Positions 60,141 to 64,000 of a stretch of DNA of 64,000 nt are shown one piece after another (the first letter of the stretch is position 1; the number at the start of each line of letters is the position of its first letter). Under the pieces are notes generated by a model. It had not been told where the DNA came from. It did no database searches and saw only the letters and a program-made list of their open reading frames with translations. This stretch comes from the human T2T-CHM13v2.0 reference genome, Homo sapiens, in the NCBI RefSeq assembly GCF_009914755.1, contig NC_060932.1; one strand, written 5' to 3'. The position numbers were made by a program, and so were the translations under genes.

Positions 60141-61199
60141 TTTCCCTTATGGCACACTTGCTATCACTGGAATTATTTTGTCTCTCCTCATCTACGAGAC
60201 TTGTTCTCTGCTGCATCCACAGAGCCCAGTGCAGGGCAGGATGTAATAAGTATTTATTGGATGAATTGCCAGAGAAACACCAAACTCAGCATTTTGCGCC
60301 TAGTAGGCAGGCATTGAATAGCGGTGATTCCTGTCCACTTTGTCTTCCCTGTCTTCCCCTTCTAGACTGCGAGCTCCTTTGTGTACGGGAAGTGTAACCT
60401 CCTCTTTGTCAGGACTTTGTAACCTCTTAGTCCCTTGTATGCAGGAGAAAAACCCAAACAGACCAATAATCATGTAGAAACGAGTCCCTGGGCATCCGAG
60501 GATCAGGTCAGGGTCTCCCACAACTGTCCCCCTGGGAGTACAGGGAGCACCCCTAGTTCCCGGCGGGTGGCGCCATCAAGGCACTGCGGGGCTGCGGAGG
60601 AGGCAGGGGCTCTAGGTTTAGCATGGTCTAGGGAAGGTCTGCAGTGCAGGCTGGATGCGGGGAGGCCTGGAGAGGTGGAGGCGTGGAGGCATGGAGGCAG
60701 GGAGGCGGGAGGAAGGGAAAGCCCTGCTGCTGGCTGTCTCCTCCCCACACTAGCTGTCTCACCAAAGTCTGGCTATTAGTCACTGTCCAGATGTCACTTC
60801 CTTTTACCTGCTAGCACCCCTAAGCCCAGAACTTGGGGTTCTCTTTATCTCCGCCTGCCACCCTCCCCAAGCTCTGATCCAACCCTGAGCTTGTGGCTGC
60901 TGTGGGGAGTGGAGGTAAAAATGGTAACACCAGAAGTGCACTTACATCAGAATGCTTTAAAAAAATGGAATTATTACTCCCTGGAATGAATTTTAAACCA
61001 GACCTTATTGCCTGTATCTGGCCACTGTCAAGAAGGGGAATCCCCTGAGTTGGGCGAGCTATTGGACTTAGAGATTTTGTGAAATGCCTAACACCCATCC
61101 TGTCACCTTCAGGGACACTGCAGGAGCGTTGTTTTTTAGGTGCCACCCTGCGCGCCACCTCCCTTCATCCTGAACACTCCTGGATCCTGGAAATGCTCT

Positions 61200-61870
61200 T
61201 GTCCCCGTGGACCGCGCTCCAGCGGGGTCGCGCAGGGGGTTACAGCGGGTGAGAGGGAGCCGCGGGGCGGGGTCCGGGGGGCGCGGGCCGGGGAGCCGGG
61301 GAACAGAGCCGCGCCTGTCCCGCCCCGCGCCCGCCGCACCTGTCCCGCCCCGCGCCCCCCGCACCTGTCCCGCCCCGCCCCGCGCCCCCCGCGCCCCCAG
61401 CGCCCTGCTCCTCCTCCACTGGCACCGCCGCGCGCCTGGAAGAGGAGCCGAGCTCTTGTCGCTCGCCGGGCCGGGTTGTAAACAAACACTGGAGCGGCGC
61501 CGCCCGCGCAGCAGATGGCTCCGCAGCTGCCTGTCGGGCGGGGCCTCCCTCTCGGCGCCGGCGCGGGGACGCGGAGCTGAGCGCTGCCCTCGGCCGGGGA
61601 CTCCCTTCGGGCGCCAGCCCGGCTCCAGTTCGCTGGGGGCTGGAGAGGGAAAACGCAAGCCAGAGTCTCCGGGGCGCTCATACCTTTTACTTCCGTCATT
61701 CGTTCCTTCATTCATTCGCTCAACAAAGATTTCTGAGGCGCCAGGACCGCGCTGGGCCCGGCCTACACGACGCTGGCCAGCGCAGGGGGTCGCAGCTTGG
61801 GGAGCGCAGGGGCAGAGCACCCAAACCGCGGGAGCCCTCGAAACCCTGGCCGCCACGCCGTGGATGCAGG
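61200..61870. promoter_or_regulatory. CpG island; promoter- or enhancer-like
   Basis: Very high GC and CpG density; many GC boxes (GGGGCGGGG/CCCGCCCC), TGTAAACAAACA at 61477, CAGATG/CAGCTG at 61512-61529. Confidence 0.9.
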
Positions 61871-62150
61871 CTCTGGGATGCTGGGCCTGAAAAGCTCTTG
61901 GTCTGGATAGGAGGCCTGGGATTGGATTCAGGCACAGGTGGGTGAGAGCCTGGTCCTGCCCCGCTTTCTGGCCCAAGGGCTTGGGCCGCTATTTCAACTT
62001 TCTGAGCTTCAGTTTCCTGTTCTGTAAAGCGGGGATAATCCCACCCACCTGGCTGCGAAGTTGTACAGATTAAGAACAATGTGCATTTGTGTTTTCTTCT
62101 GTACACCTTCGCGTTTTCTAAATATCCCACAGTGACTATACATTCCTTTC

Positions 62151-62766
62151 TTTTTTTAAAAATTTTACTAAGTTCTGGGATACATGTGCAGAACATGCAG
62201 GTTTGTTACATAGGTATACATGTGCCGTGGTGGTTTGCTGCACCTATCAACCCGCCATCTAGGTTTCAAGCCCCGCATGCATTAGGTGTTTGTCCTAATG
62301 CTCTCCCTCGACTTGACCCCAGCCCACGACAGGCTCCGGTGTGTGATGTTCCCCTCCCGGTGTCCATCTGTTCTCATTGTTCAGCTCCCACTTATGAGTG
62401 AGAACATGTGGTGTTTGGTTTTCTGTTCCTGTGTTAGTTTGCTGAGAATGATGGCTTCCAGCTTCATTCATGTTCCTGCAAAGGACATGAATTCATCCTT
62501 TTTTATGGCTGCATAGTATTCCATGGTATATATGTGCCACATTTTCTTTATCCAGTCTATCACTGATGGGCATTTGGGTTGGTTCATTTACGTAGCAAAT
62601 AGCCTTTGCTATTGTAAATAGTGCTGCAATAAACATACGTGTGCATGTGTCTTTATAGTAGAATGATTTATAATCCTTTGGGTATATACCCAGTAATGGG
62701 ATTGCTGGGTCAAATGGCATTTCTGGTACTAGATCCTTGAGGAATCGCCACACTGTCTTCCACAAT
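62151..62766 (-). mobile_element. 5'-truncated L1PA (about L1PA7-8) 3' end with TSD TACATTCCTTTC
   Basis: Minus ORF MWKTVWRFLKDL...DPAIPLLGIYPKDYKS is the ORF2p C-terminus; TSD at 62139-62150 and 62767-62778. Confidence 0.95.
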
Positions 62767-63559
62767 TACATTCCTTTCAAAATGAGAAAAAAAATGTTGC
62801 AGGAGATTCACTCTCCCTCCCTACTTAAAAATTCACCCATTCCGACTTAAAGATACCACCGCCTCCCACATGGGTCACGCTGGGTGCTGGCAGAACACAA
62901 CTCAAATGGGGGAGACCCAGTCCGATATTTAGTCCTCGAATATTCTAGAATAGATCCTGGGAATAAAATAAGTTGGGGATGAAGGTGGTCATTTAGAGTT
63001 AAAGGCAACACATGTGCCACAGACATATGACAAGACACAGACACAATGATTTTCAAGCTATTTTCTTTCTCTTCCTTCATTTAACAAGCACTCATTACAC
63101 CTTCAATGTCTGTCAGATGCGGCAGGTGCTCAGCGCTGTGATTCATGTCTGTGCATTGTGTCCTCAGGAACTCCTCATTTAGTAGTAAGAGGTAGGTATG
63201 AATGTAATAAAAGGTTAAAAAAAGGCCCAAGGCCCCACTGAAGGAGTCAGGAAGAGCATTGTGGAGGAGGTGAGGTTTGACAGGTGGGCATTGAAGGTGA
63301 GGACAGGAACAGACGGTGACGTCAGACCAAGCTTGGACACAGTCGCCAATGGAGCCTGGGTCCTTCCTTCATTCCACCCAACACAGGGACTCCTGCTGAA
63401 CAAAACTACACCCGCCCAGCCTCTGTGACCGTGGGAACTCATGGGAATGCCTCACATGTGTGAAATGAGGGCAAAACACTTACCTCAGCGTGTTGTCGTG
63501 AGGATGAGCCACGACCATGCACTTGACAAGGGCAGAACACTGGGACTACTGGACAAATG

Positions 63560-63800
63560 TCACTTCTCGTCCATTTGTTCATTCATTCATTCGAAAGGTG
63601 GTTTTTGAGCCTCTCCTTTGTGTCAGGCCCTGTTTGTTTCAAAGCAGTGAACAAAACAGACAAAAAGCCCTCTCATGCAAGCTTACATTCTAGTGGGGGA
63701 GGGAGACAGAGAATACCAGAAATAAATAAGGTATCTAGTGAGTTAGACAGTGACAAGTGTGACAAAGACACATAAAGCAGGCAGTGTGGAGTAGGGGGGC
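63560..63800 (-). mobile_element. L2 3' end
   Basis: cattcattcattc...tgtgtcaggccctg...gcagtgaacaaaacagacaaaa...gcttacattctagtgggg. Confidence 0.7.
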
Positions 63801-64000
63801 TCCTTATAGAGTAATTGATGTTATTCCTTATTCTTTAGTTTGGGTGACAAATAGGATCCATGAAGAGAGGGAGAGTCATAGGAAAATGTTTTGTGCTTCG
63901 ATTGGGTCGGGGCATCAAGAACGGCTTTTGAGTAAGGATGTGATTTGGGCTGTGCTTCAAGATGGTGACATGGCTGCACCTTGTACGCAGATTGGACAGG

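Noticed and set aside
61068-61976. ORFs of 190-300 aa on both strands
   Set aside because: Arg/Gly/Pro/Ala-rich frames expected from stop-codon scarcity in a CpG island

Overview
Primate (most likely human) genomic DNA; nothing here is prokaryotic. Bases 1-~16 kb look like the AT-rich last intron(s) and long terminal exon/3'UTR of a + strand gene I cannot name. This part holds a 5'-inverted L1PA insertion (1-2.75 kb), a piggyBac MER85 MITE, several candidate 3' splice sites at 6.9-9.5 kb, four Alus in the putative UTR including an inverted pair, and a poly(A)-signal cluster at 14.8-15.9 kb. From ~16 to 61 kb the sequence is progressively more GC-rich and apparently intergenic, with Alu, L1M, L2, MIR, MLT1 and MER relics and two minisatellites (48-bp and 15-bp units). 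A CpG island with GC-box, E-box and forkhead motifs lies at 61.2-61.9 kb. No intact protein-coding ORF is supported: the long ORFs are L1 ORF2 remnants, tandem-repeat frames or GC-rich artefacts. The most unusual structures are small rearrangement footprints: a ~112-bp inverted copy of nearby DNA inserted inside an Alu, a twin-priming L1 inversion, an old ~240-bp dispersed duplication and a tiny poly(A)-tailed insert in an Alu linker. I see no evidence for a wholly new biological system. Repeat subfamily names come from recalled consensus sequences and need RepeatMasker/Dfam confirmation.
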